From: Myxococcota bacterium
GTDB lineage: Bacteria; Myxococcota_A; UBA796; SXON01
Assembly (NCBI GenBank): GCA_040386535.1
Contig: JAZKFH010000063.1
Span: 1 to 64,000 of the forward strand
Reading direction: 5' to 3'
DNA: 64,000 nt
Part shown: in pieces, positions 8,535 through 17,791 of the stretch
How positions within the stretch are numbered: position 1 is the stretch's first letter
Layout of the letters: every line of letters begins with the position of its first letter
Notes under the pieces: model-generated
What the model was told of the DNA's origin: nothing
What the model saw: the letters and a program-made list of their open reading frames with translations, nothing else
Database searches by the model: none
Position numbers and translations under genes: made by a program

Positions 8535-9530
8535 CTACTTCTTGCCCCCATTCTGCTTGCCGACGGTGGCGCGCGCGGCATCGAGGATGCGCTCGGGCGT
8601 GATGATCACGAGCTTCTCGAGGTTGGGCGCGTACGGCATCGGCACGTCCCGGTTGGTGACACGGCGCACGGGGGCGTCGAGCAGGTCGAAGCAGCTCTCC
8701 TGGATGCGCGTCACGAGCTCGGCCGCCATGCCGGCGAACGTGAAGCCCTCCTGCACGATGACCACACGGTGGGTCTTCGCGACGCAGGCGAACAACGCCT
8801 CGTGGTCGAGCGGGCGGATCGAGCGCAGGTCGAGCACCTGGGCCGAGATGCCCTCCTTCTCCAGCGTCTCCGCGGCGGCGAGGCAGTTGTGCACCTGCTT
8901 GCCCCACGTGACGAGCGTGACGTCGGTGCCGTCCCGCTTCAGATCGGCCTTGCCGAGCGGGATGGTGAACTCCTCCGCGGGGACCTCACCCTTGAGGCCG
9001 TACAACATCTCGCTCTCGAGGAAGAGCACGGGGTTGTCGTCGCGGATCGCGGACTTGAGCAGGCCGTACGCGTCATACGGCGTCGCGACGGAGACGACCT
9101 TGAGACCCGGGAAGTGGGCGTAGATCGACTCGACCGACGTGCTGTGCTGGGACGCCAGGTTCTCGGCGGCGCCGTTGGCCCCGCGGAACACGATGGGCAC
9201 CTTGTACTGGCCCGCGCTCATCTGGTAGATGCGCGCGGCGTTGTTGACGACCTGGTCGTACGCGACGAGGCTGAAGTTGAACGTCATGAACTCGATGATC
9301 GGGCGCATGCCGGCCATCGCCGCGCCGATGCCGAGGCCGGAGAAGCCGTTCTCGCTGATCGGCGTGTCCACGATGCGCTCGGGGCCGAACTCCTCGAGCA
9401 TGCCCTGGCTCACCTTGTAGGCGCCGTCGTAATAGGCGACCTCTTCCCCCATGAGGAAGATGTTCGGATCGCGGCGCATCTCCTCGCTCATCGCGCGGCG
9501 GAGCGCCTCGCGCATCTGCAGGACCGGCAT
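8535..9530 (-). CDS. pdhB: Pyruvate dehydrogenase E1 beta subunit
   Basis: Start MPVLQMREAL; GEEV, DTPISE, EFMTFNF and QHS motifs. Confidence 0.95.
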   Translation of the reverse strand: MPVLQMREALRRAMSEEMRRDPNIFLMGEEVAYYDGAYKVSQGMLEEFGPERIVDTPISENGFSGLGIGAAMAGMRPIIEFMTFNFSLVAYDQVVNNAARIYQMSAGQYKVPIVFRGANGAAENLASQHSTSVESIYAHFPGLKVVSVATPYDAYGLLKSAIRDDNPVLFLESEMLYGLKGEVPAEEFTIPLGKADLKRDGTDVTLVTWGKQVHNCLAAAETLEKEGISAQVLDLRSIRPLDHEALFACVAKTHRVVIVQEGFTFAGMAAELVTRIQESCFDLLDAPVRRVTNRDVPMPYAPNLEKLVIITPERILDAARATVGKQNGGKK

Positions 9531-9531
9531 C

Positions 9532-10638
9532 TTAGCGGTCTCCTTCGGGGGGCTTGGAGGCGGGGGCGGTGACGGGGGACGACTCCGTCGACGAGGACGG
9601 GGCGTAGGTGTAGTCGTACAGGTGCGCGGGGTCGGGCCAGGGGCTGTCCTCCGCGAACTTCGCCGCGTCCTCGGCCTCGGCGTCACAATCGGCGCGGATG
9701 GCCTCCAGATCGGCGTCGGTCACGCCGAAGTCGTTCTTCAGGCGCGCCTCGGTGATCGCGACGGGATCGGACTTCTTCTTCTCTTCGAGCTCCCCCGCCT
9801 TGCGATACTTGGCGGGGTCCGACATCGAGTGGCCGCGGAACCGGTACGTGATGGCCTCGAGAATGACGGGGCCCTGGCCGGACCGCGCGTACTCGACGGC
9901 GGCGCCGACGCGGTCGCGCACGTGCTCGACATCGAAGCCGTCGAACTGCTCGCGGACCATGCCGACGCCGAGGCCGCGCAGGCTCATGTCGATGAGCGCG
10001 GACTGGCGGTCGATCGAGGTGCCCATCGCGTAGTAGTTGTTCTCGCAGAGGAAGACGACGGGCAGCTTGTAGAGCTGCGCGAGGCAGAGGGCCTCGAAGA
10101 AGGCGCCCTGGTGGGCCGAGCCGTCCCCGAAGAAGCACACGGCCACGTCGTTCTGCTGCTTCTGCTTGATGGCCCAGGCCACGCCCGTCGCGAGCGGGAT
10201 GTGCCCGCCGACGATGCCGTACCCGCCCATGAAGTGCACGGAGGAGTCGAACAGGTGCATCGACCCGCCGAGGCCCTTGGTGCAGCCGGTGGCCTTGCCG
10301 TACAGCTCGGCCATGACGGCGCGGGCGCTCACGCCCTTCGCCATCGCCTGCCCGTGCTCGCGGTAGGCGGCGATCCAACGGTCACCCGGCTGGCACGCGG
10401 CCGCGGCGCCGACGGCGACCGACTCCTGGCCGATGTACAGGTGGCAGAACCCGAAGATCTTGCGCTGGGTGTACGCCTTGGCGGCGAGCTCCTCGACGCG
10501 GCGGATCAGCACCATCTGTCGGTAGAGGCCGAGCAGGCTCTCCCGCGTGACCGCGGGCAGCGACGAGCGCTCGGGAAGCGACGGCGGGATCGCCGGGGTC
10601 GGGGTCGGCGGGGTCGACGGGGGGGCGGACGCGGACAA
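9532..10638 (-). CDS. pdhA: Pyruvate dehydrogenase E1 alpha subunit
   Basis: GFCHLYIGQE, TPP motif GDG…ENN and YRFRGHSMSDP. The start codon is uncertain. Confidence 0.95.
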   Translation of the reverse strand: MSASAPPSTPPTPTPAIPPSLPERSSLPAVTRESLLGLYRQMVLIRRVEELAAKAYTQRKIFGFCHLYIGQESVAVGAAAACQPGDRWIAAYREHGQAMAKGVSARAVMAELYGKATGCTKGLGGSMHLFDSSVHFMGGYGIVGGHIPLATGVAWAIKQKQQNDVAVCFFGDGSAHQGAFFEALCLAQLYKLPVVFLCENNYYAMGTSIDRQSALIDMSLRGLGVGMVREQFDGFDVEHVRDRVGAAVEYARSGQGPVILEAITYRFRGHSMSDPAKYRKAGELEEKKKSDPVAITEARLKNDFGVTDADLEAIRADCDAEAEDAAKFAEDSPWPDPAHLYDYTYAPSSSTESSPVTAPASKPPEGDR

Positions 10639-10828
10639 GGTCGGCTCCAGTCCACGTTGAGGGGCGGCGGGCCCGTGCGTGGGCGCCGGAAGCTAACAGC
10701 AAATGGGGGGGTGGGCGCCCTGTCCGACCGCCTTCGCCACGCCCCGCGAGCGCTTCCGCGCCGCCCGACGCGACCGTGACGAGCCGCCCGTCGGCGCCCG
10801 CGCGGGTTATGCGGCCGGTGGAGGGGAG

Positions 10829-11251
10829 ATGATGTCCAGAGTGATGTCCACGGCGACGTCCACAGCGATGTCCGAAGCGACGACGCGGGGCATCCGCGTC
10901 GAGGTTCGTCCCGACTACTTGGAGCACCAGTCCGACCCACGAAGCGGCCTCTGGATGTTCGCGTACCACGTGCGGATCCAGAACGACGGCGCCGACACGG
11001 TGCAGCTCGTGAGCCGGCACTGGATCATCACCGACGCGACCGGACGCGTGGAAGAGGTGAGGGGATCGGGGGTCGTCGGCGAGCAGCCCGTACTCAAGCC
11101 CGGTCAGGCGTTCGACTACACGAGCGGTTGCCCGCTCCCGACGCCGATGGGCACGATGCACGGCGCGTACCAGATGGTGACGCAGAAGGGCGAGCGGTTC
11201 GACGCCGAGATCGCGCCCTTCACGCTCGCCGAGCCGTACACGGTCAATTGA
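10829..11251 (+). CDS. apaG: ApaG (Co2+/Mg2+ efflux-associated) protein
   Basis: QLVSRHWIITD…GSGVVGEQP…YTSG…GTMHG motifs; GGAGGGGAG upstream of the start. Confidence 0.93.
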   Translation: MMSRVMSTATSTAMSEATTRGIRVEVRPDYLEHQSDPRSGLWMFAYHVRIQNDGADTVQLVSRHWIITDATGRVEEVRGSGVVGEQPVLKPGQAFDYTSGCPLPTPMGTMHGAYQMVTQKGERFDAEIAPFTLAEPYTVN

Positions 11252-11610
11252 TGAGCGGAACCTCGGGCTCGGATGCGGTCGATCCCGCGCTCTTGGAGCG
11301 TATCGAGGGGCTCGAAGGGATCGTGGCGGACGATCCCGCCGACCACACCGCGCGCTTCATGCTCGCGACGGAGCTCGCCAAGGCGCACCGCCACGCGGAT
11401 GCGATTCCGCACTTCGAGCAGGTGATCGTGGCCGACCCCGAGTACACCGCCGCCTACCGCGGGCTCGGCCGGGCGCTCGTCTCCGAGGGGAACACCGCGG
11501 GGGCCCGCGAGGTGTTCGAGCGTGGGGTCGTGGTGGCCGACCGCACCGGTGACTACCAGTCGGGGAAGGAGATGGAGGTCTTTCTCCGTCGGTATACGCA
11601 GGGCGCTTGA
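11251..11610 (+). CDS. Small TPR protein
   Basis: TPR pattern (ARFMLA…AI.HFE.V…DPEY.AAY..LGRAL); TGATG overlap with apaG. Confidence 0.8.
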   Translation: MSGTSGSDAVDPALLERIEGLEGIVADDPADHTARFMLATELAKAHRHADAIPHFEQVIVADPEYTAAYRGLGRALVSEGNTAGAREVFERGVVVADRTGDYQSGKEMEVFLRRYTQGA

Positions 11611-11681
11611 CGCGGGGCGCCGAAGAGGCGCGCCTGAGCCGCCCCGGCGACATAGACCGCTCCCGCTCCGTGGAGACCACC

Positions 11682-12107
11682 GTGGCCGAACGTGAACCCC
11701 CCGCCGACCGTTCACCCCCGGAGGGTACCGACGACGGCGAGAAGACCGCGGACCGCCCGCCCCCCGACCGGGGAGGCCGCTTCCGCCGCCTTGGCCGTCG
11801 CATCATGGGGGACGCCGAAGGCGAGGGGACGACCCGCGAGGGCCGCACCATCCTGGGGGACGCGAAGGAGGTCTTCGGCGCCGTGCTCGAGGGTGGGGAC
11901 AAGGCCAAGACCGAGGTGGTCCGCGCGGTCGCGCGCGAGGTGCGCAACTACCTCGAGGAGCTCGGCCTCAAGGACGACCTGCACAACCTCATGACCAACT
12001 ACTCGTTGGAGCTGCACGCGAGCATCAACCTGCGGAAGCTCGCCGAGAGCGAGATGGCGCCGCGGGAAGATCGGTCCCCGCCCGAGAAGCCGCGCCGCGA
12101 CGAGTGA
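11682..12107 (+). CDS. Hypothetical protein
   Basis: GGAGA plus GTG start; high-GC3 codon pattern; helical core (KAKTEVVRAVAREVRNYLEEL). Confidence 0.65.
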   Translation: MAEREPPADRSPPEGTDDGEKTADRPPPDRGGRFRRLGRRIMGDAEGEGTTREGRTILGDAKEVFGAVLEGGDKAKTEVVRAVAREVRNYLEELGLKDDLHNLMTNYSLELHASINLRKLAESEMAPREDRSPPEKPRRDE

Positions 12108-12110
12108 CCG

Positions 12111-13031
12111 CTACTTCTTCGCCTTGAGCTTGGTCTTCGGGATGAGGCGGATCAGCACCCCCTCCTCGCGCGCCCAGTAGGACAGCTCGTCCGCGGTGAT
12201 GCCGTTGACCTTGGTGAGGATCTCCTGCAGGTCGACCGAGGAGCCGTCGAGCCGCGTGATGACCGCGCGTCCGTCCTTCACGGCGGCGCGCAGATCGGCC
12301 ACGAGGGCGGGCAGCTCCTCGGGCGGAACGCTGGCGACCAGCTCGTCGAGCCGGCCCACCGCGCCGTCCGCTTTGGCGAGGACGGGGCGCGCCGCGTCGC
12401 TCGTCTTCTTCACCGAGGCCAGCGTGGCGCGGGCGTCCCCGACGAGCGCGGGCAGCTCGTCGCTCGCGTTGGCCGCGTTCTCCAGGGCGCGCTCCGCGTC
12501 CGCCAGCATGCGCGCGGGGCGGTCCGGATCCTCCGCGAGGGCCTTGGAGAGGGACTCGCCCACGGCCTTGAGCGCGGCGGGATCGAGCGCCTCGACGAGG
12601 GGCGCCATGCGGGTGACGAGCTGGTCGATCTCGACCGAGCCGCGCGTGTTGGCGATGATGTCGTCATCCACGAGGAGCGGCGCGTCGCGGCTGTTCGGTA
12701 CGATCTCGAGGTACTTCTCGCCGAGGACCGAACGCGCGCGCATCACGAGCGTCGCGTCCGTGCGCACCTGGGCGTCCGCGTCGAGCGAGAGGCGCACGCG
12801 CGCCTTGTCGAAGTCGACCTCGAGATCGGACACGCGGCCGATTGACACCCCCGCGATGCTGACCACGGCGCCGGTCGAGAGCCCCGCCGCGTCGTCCAGG
12901 ACGGCGACAACGTCGACGTGATCGCCCAGGCCGCGGATGGCGCCCACTTGAAGCGCCATGAACGCGAGCAGGCCGGCCGCCACGACGACCAGGCAGCCAA
13001 CCCCCGCTTCGTACCGACCTGGAAGTGCCAT
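12111..13031 (-). CDS. mlaD: MlaD/MCE-family lipid transport protein
   Basis: N-terminal TM, A.GL..GA.V.IAGV.IGRV and LGEKYLEI.P MCE motifs. Confidence 0.88.
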   Translation of the reverse strand: MALPGRYEAGVGCLVVVAAGLLAFMALQVGAIRGLGDHVDVVAVLDDAAGLSTGAVVSIAGVSIGRVSDLEVDFDKARVRLSLDADAQVRTDATLVMRARSVLGEKYLEIVPNSRDAPLLVDDDIIANTRGSVEIDQLVTRMAPLVEALDPAALKAVGESLSKALAEDPDRPARMLADAERALENAANASDELPALVGDARATLASVKKTSDAARPVLAKADGAVGRLDELVASVPPEELPALVADLRAAVKDGRAVITRLDGSSVDLQEILTKVNGITADELSYWAREEGVLIRLIPKTKLKAKK

Positions 13032-13042
13032 GGAAGCGCCGT

Positions 13043-13855
13043 TTATCCGATGTGGGGGAGGGTCGCCATCGCCGGATCCCCAGGTTCGGGGAGCACGAGG
13101 TTGCGGCCGAGGAAGCGCCGCACCATCACGTTGTCGGAGTGGATGACCTCGGCGGTCGTACCGCTCGCCACGACCTTGCCCCCGTACAACATGCAGATGC
13201 GATCCGCCACGTTCAGCGTCCCGACGATGTCGTGGGAGATGACCACGAACGTGATGTGGAGCCGCTCCTTCATGCTCACGATGAGCTGGTCGATGGCGTC
13301 GCTCGTCATCGGGTCGAGGCCGGAGTTCGGCTCGTCGAACAGAACCACTTCGGGCTCGGTGACGATGGCCCGTGCGAGGCCCACGCGCTTGCGTTGCCCG
13401 CCGGAGAGCGCGCTGGTGGGCCGATCGTAGAGACCCGGCAGCTCCACCATCTCCAGGACCTCCTCCACCCGCTCCCGCCGCCTCTTCGCGTTCATGTCGG
13501 GGCGGTGCCGAGCCAGCGGAAAGGCGATGTTGTCGCCGGTCGACAACGAGTCGAACAGGGCGCCGTCCTGGAACAACATGCCGAGGCGCTTGCGTACCTG
13601 GTACACCCGCTGCTCCGACGCGCTCGCCATGTCCACGCCGAACACGCGCACCTCGCCCGCGTCGGGGCGCAGCAGGCCCACGATGTGCTTGAGGAGCACG
13701 CTCTTGCCGGTGCCGGAGGGGCCGATGACCGCGGTGGTCTGCCCGCGTGGCATCGTGAGGTTCACGTTGTCGAGCACGACCAGGCTGCCGAAACGTTTGG
13801 ACACCCCGCGCAGCTCGATGGGCGGGGCGTTCTCGTCGAGCGCGGAGTCACCCAT
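13043..13855 (-). CDS. mlaF: MlaF-type ABC ATPase
   Basis: GPSGTGKS, LFQDGALFDSL, LSGGQRKR and FDEPNSGLDP motifs. Confidence 0.92.
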   Translation of the reverse strand: MGDSALDENAPPIELRGVSKRFGSLVVLDNVNLTMPRGQTTAVIGPSGTGKSVLLKHIVGLLRPDAGEVRVFGVDMASASEQRVYQVRKRLGMLFQDGALFDSLSTGDNIAFPLARHRPDMNAKRRRERVEEVLEMVELPGLYDRPTSALSGGQRKRVGLARAIVTEPEVVLFDEPNSGLDPMTSDAIDQLIVSMKERLHITFVVISHDIVGTLNVADRICMLYGGKVVASGTTAEVIHSDNVMVRRFLGRNLVLPEPGDPAMATLPHIG

Positions 13856-14582
13856 AGAGCACCTGCGAGATGAGGAAGTTGAGGCTGACACACGTGACGC
13901 TGGAGATGACGACCGCCGCGTTGGTGGCCTGGCCGACCCCCTCGGGGCCCTTGGAGCTGTTGAACCCGCAGTAGCAGCTCACCAGGCAGATCACGACGCC
14001 GAAGATCATGCCCTTGATCTCGCAGGCGAGCAGGTCCCGGGCGTCGATCGACAGGCGCACGAGATCGAGGAATTCGGTTCCGTTGAGGCCGAGCTGGAAC
14101 GTGGCGACGGCCCAGCTGGCGGCGATGGTCGTGAAGATCGCGATGACGGTGAGCGCGGGCATCACCAGCATGATCGCGAGGAGCCGCGGCGTGACGAGCC
14201 ACCACAGGGGGTTGACCGCCATGACCTCGAGCGCGTCGATCTGCTCGCGCGTTCGCATCACCGCGATCTGGCTCGCCATCTCCGTGCCGGCCTTGGCCGC
14301 GACCATCGCCGCGGCGATGATCGGCGCGAGCTCGCGCACCCCGGCGAGCGCCACGAACATCCCGACGAGCCGCTGGCCGCCGAGCGGCGTGAACGCGTTG
14401 TACCCCTGCAAGGACAGGTTGGTCCCCACGAAGACGCTGATCGTCAGCAGCACGGGCAGGCTCTGGACGCCGATGCGATAGGCCTCCTCCATCGTGCGCC
14501 CCGGCGGCGGGAGGCGCAGGTTCGCCTGGCCGAAGTCGAAGCAGAAGCCGGCGAACCGGCCGATGGCGGCGAGCCAGCTCAC
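13848..14582 (-). CDS. mlaE: MlaE-type ABC permease
   Basis: RELAP…MRTREQIDALEVMAVNP…PR motif and GVGQAT. Confidence 0.9.
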   Translation of the reverse strand: MSWLAAIGRFAGFCFDFGQANLRLPPPGRTMEEAYRIGVQSLPVLLTISVFVGTNLSLQGYNAFTPLGGQRLVGMFVALAGVRELAPIIAAAMVAAKAGTEMASQIAVMRTREQIDALEVMAVNPLWWLVTPRLLAIMLVMPALTVIAIFTTIAASWAVATFQLGLNGTEFLDLVRLSIDARDLLACEIKGMIFGVVICLVSCYCGFNSSKGPEGVGQATNAAVVISSVTCVSLNFLISQVLYG

Positions 14583-14607
14583 AACGTGTCCGTCGGAGCG
14601 GCGACGC

Positions 14608-15351
14608 TCATAGAGCGAACATCGCGCTGGTGAGCAGGTAGTTGGCGCCGAAGAACAGCAGGACCGCGTGCACGACGGTGTCGTTCACGCCCTTGCCGAC
14701 CCCGGCCGCGCCGCCCGACGCGTAGAACCCGTGGTAGCAGGCCACGAGGCCGATGAGCAGGCCGAACACGACGGTCTTGATGACCCCGGCCACCAGATCG
14801 AACGGCACGGTGAACGCCCACAGGTTCGCGATGAACACGCCGCCCGGCTCGCCCTGGATGAGCACCGCCATCACGAACCCGCCGAGCAGGCCCGCGACGG
14901 TCCCGAGCACGTTGAGGATCGGGCACGCGATGACCAACGCCAGCACGCGGGGCACCACGTGCCACCGCAGGCTGTCCACCGCCATGACCTCGGTGGCGTC
15001 GAGCTCCTCCTTGATGCGCATCGCGCCGAGCTCGGCGGCGAACGCGCTGCCGCCCTGGGCCGCTACGAGCACGCTGGCGAGCATCGGCGAGAGCTCGCGG
15101 AGCACCGCCACGCTGATGAGGGAGGGGAGCATGCGCTGGGCGCCGAACAGGTCGAAGATCTGCAGGCCCTGCAGGCCGATGACCATCCCGAACGGAAACG
15201 TGACCGCCGCCACGGGCGCCATGCAGCGCGTCGCCACCAGCCAGGTGTGGCGGAAGATGTCGTGCACGTTCCACGGCGGCGTCAGCGCGCGGCGGAGCAC
15301 GGCGCCGCCGAACAGGCCGAAACGTCCGATGCGGGCGAGGGTCTCCACCAC
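14608..15351 (-). CDS. mlaE: MlaE-type ABC permease (second paralog)
   Basis: RELSP…AAELGAMRIKEELDA…VVPR and GVGKG motifs; GTG start inferred. Confidence 0.88.
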   Translation of the reverse strand: MVETLARIGRFGLFGGAVLRRALTPPWNVHDIFRHTWLVATRCMAPVAAVTFPFGMVIGLQGLQIFDLFGAQRMLPSLISVAVLRELSPMLASVLVAAQGGSAFAAELGAMRIKEELDATEVMAVDSLRWHVVPRVLALVIACPILNVLGTVAGLLGGFVMAVLIQGEPGGVFIANLWAFTVPFDLVAGVIKTVVFGLLIGLVACYHGFYASGGAAGVGKGVNDTVVHAVLLFFGANYLLTSAMFAL

Positions 15352-15456
15352 GTTCAGCCTTCCTGCCAACCGCGCCCCGGGCACCGATGCGTAGCGGCAT
15401 GGCGGTAGGGAGGCGCGAGCCGCGATATAGCGCGCCGCTTGTCGCCCGGGTGCACC

Positions 15457-15774
15457 ATGTTCCTGCTCTTGCTCTGTTCCTTCGCCTTCGCCGAAGACCT
15501 CTGGGCTGTCGCCCCCGTCGACGGCATGCGCTGGCCCGACATGACCACCGTGTCCGTGTCGCTCGAGGAGGCCGATCGGGTCGAGGTGCTCGTGCGGGAC
15601 GGGGAGAAGGTGCGCGTGCGCAAGGGCACCAACTTCGGCTGGGTCGCCGCGTCCGCGCTCACGAACGTCGAGCCGATCGCGCCGCCGGTCGAGGGCGCCG
15701 AGGGCGACGAGCTGCCCGACTTCACGATCCCCGGCGCGGAAGAGACCACCCCCGCGAGCACGCCGACCCCGTAG
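15457..15774 (+). CDS. Small secreted SH3-like protein
   Basis: Short signal MFLLLLCSFAFA; V.VL..DGE..RVR…GWV SH3b-like pattern. Confidence 0.6.
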   Translation: MFLLLLCSFAFAEDLWAVAPVDGMRWPDMTTVSVSLEEADRVEVLVRDGEKVRVRKGTNFGWVAASALTNVEPIAPPVEGAEGDELPDFTIPGAEETTPASTPTP

Positions 15775-15796
15775 TGGTCCGCGTGCGCCGGCGCGC

Positions 15797-15877
15797 CTAC
15801 CGCGCCAGCCCGAACATGCCGACCGCGAGCAGCAGGGCCACGGTGAGCTGAAGCAGGAGCTCGGGGAGGGGAGACAT
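15797..15877 (-). CDS. Candidate 26-aa single-TM small protein (MSPLPELLLQLTVALLLAVGMFGLAR)
   Basis: ATG preceded by GGAGACATAAGGGAC; a clean hydrophobic helix; fills an otherwise empty gap; too short for the ORF track. Confidence 0.5.
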   Translation of the reverse strand: MSPLPELLLQLTVALLLAVGMFGLAR

Positions 15878-16056
15878 GTCCCCTTATGTCTCCGCGATCC
15901 GCGGATCGGCAACAGAATTCCGCGAGTGTTCACGGGCGGGACGCGTCTCCGGGGGGTTCCTCCGTGATGAGGCTGCCGACGTGGGAGAAGCGGAGTAGGA
16001 TGACCTCCCCCCGGCCTCGCGCTCGACGAGGCCACCCCCTCCTTCCTCGGCCCGCC

Positions 16057-16881
16057 ATGTCGCTGTTCCAGCGCGATGTCACCGTCTGCGTGTTGTCATC
16101 GGGCTCGGCGGGCAACTGCACGTACGTGGGGGACAAACACGCCGGCGTGTTGATCGACTGCGGCGTGTCGACCAAGCAGATCCTCGCGCGGATGGCGGAA
16201 GTGGGCCTCGCGGACGCCCCGATCGACGCCGTGCTCGTCACCCACGAGCACACCGATCACGTCGGCGCCGCCGCGGTCCTGGGTCGGGCCCTGACGAAAC
16301 GCGGCCGGCCCGTGCCGTTCTACATGACGCGCGGCACCAGCTTCGGCGTGCACGAGTCCTGCGTGCCCGACGGCGTCGAGATCATCGAGGCGGGCACCGC
16401 CTTCCGGGTGCGCCACCTGCAGATCGAGCCCATCCCCGTGCCCCACGACACGAAGGACCCCGTGGCCTACCGCGTGAACGTGGGGGACGCCGCGGTCGCG
16501 GTCATCACCGACCTCGGGCGGCCGACAGCGCTGCTGGCGCGCCACATCCGGGAGTGCCACGCGCTCGTCCTCGAGTTCAACCACGACGAGGACATGTTGA
16601 TGGAGGGGCCGTACCCGTACCCGCTCAAGCAGCGGATCAAGGGCAACCACGGCCACCTGTCGAACAAGCAGGCCCAGGCGCTCCTCACCGACGGCCTCGG
16701 GTCGAGCCTGCGGCACCTGATGCTCGCGCACCTCTCCGAGGACAACAACACGCCCACGCGCGCCCTCGTGGCGGCGCAGCGCACCCTCCAGGAGGGCGGC
16801 GCCTTCGGCCGCGTGGCGGTGAGCGTGTGCCTCCAACGCGCGGCGCTGCCGCCGGTGCGGGTGCAGACCAACGCGTGGTAG
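16057..16881 (+). CDS. MBL-fold metallo-hydrolase (YycJ/WalJ-like)
   Basis: SGSAGN, THEHTDH, PHD, TDLG, LEFNHD, GHLSN and HLSE motifs. Confidence 0.9.
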   Translation: MSLFQRDVTVCVLSSGSAGNCTYVGDKHAGVLIDCGVSTKQILARMAEVGLADAPIDAVLVTHEHTDHVGAAAVLGRALTKRGRPVPFYMTRGTSFGVHESCVPDGVEIIEAGTAFRVRHLQIEPIPVPHDTKDPVAYRVNVGDAAVAVITDLGRPTALLARHIRECHALVLEFNHDEDMLMEGPYPYPLKQRIKGNHGHLSNKQAQALLTDGLGSSLRHLMLAHLSEDNNTPTRALVAAQRTLQEGGAFGRVAVSVCLQRAALPPVRVQTNAW

Positions 16882-17060
16882 CGGGCGCCTGGTAGCAGGC
16901 GTCAGGTCGCCTCGTAGAAGCTGGGTCGAGGGCGCGCGGCGGCTCTCCCCCTGGTCGAGTCCGAAGGGGTGGCTATCCGTTTGCGGGCGGTAAACCTCCG
17001 CTCTCGCCTTTCGGTTCCCCCCGCGGACCCGATTGACACAACCAGCCCCAAGGGGACTCC

Positions 17061-17624
17061 ATGCCTGGAAAGATCGACACGCTCTACGTCACCGCCGCCA
17101 CCTACGACGACACGAAGCAGGCCCTCGCCGACTTCGACGCGGTGTTCCAGATGTACAAGACCCTCGGCACCACCATCGACTTCGACGCCGCCGTGATCGA
17201 GAAGGACAACAAGGGGCGGGTCAAGATCGTCAAGACGCGCGAGGAGCCCAGCCGGCACGGCGCCGGGGTGGGCCTCGCGTGGGGGCTCGCCGGCGGGCTC
17301 GCGGCGGCGCTGTTCCCCGCCATCGGCGTGTGGACGGCGCTCTCGGCGGGCGGTGCCGTGGGCGCGACGATCGGCGCGCTGGCGGGGCACGCCACGGGCG
17401 GCATGAAGCGCCACGATCTGAAGGAGCTCGGGGAGCTGCTCGACATGGGCCAGTCGGGCCTGATCGTGGTGTACGCCGCCAACCGCGCCGACCAGATCGC
17501 CAAGCTGCTCACCACCGCGAACACGGTGCGCGCCGAGCTCCAGAACGCCGCGGTGGAGGACCTCGCGGACGCGGTGAACCAGGCGAAGAACTACACGCTG
17601 CCGAAGACGCTGACCAAGGCGTAG
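17061..17624 (+). CDS. DUF1269-like membrane protein
   Basis: DAAVI.KD..G.V, a Gly-rich TM hairpin and L.ELGE.L..G.SGLIV. Confidence 0.75.
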   Translation: MPGKIDTLYVTAATYDDTKQALADFDAVFQMYKTLGTTIDFDAAVIEKDNKGRVKIVKTREEPSRHGAGVGLAWGLAGGLAAALFPAIGVWTALSAGGAVGATIGALAGHATGGMKRHDLKELGELLDMGQSGLIVVYAANRADQIAKLLTTANTVRAELQNAAVEDLADAVNQAKNYTLPKTLTKA

Positions 17625-17791
17625 GCGCGAGGTGCCTGTAGGGCGGCCGCGCGCTCGGGCGCGGCCGGTCCGCCCGCGCGCCGTCCGCGGAGCGTGGGCG
17701 ACCGAGCGGCCTTGCCGCGAGCCCGGAAGGGACCGGCCTCGGGCGTCCGCGCCCGGGGACGCGCCCAGGGACCCAAGCGGGTGCCGACGGC

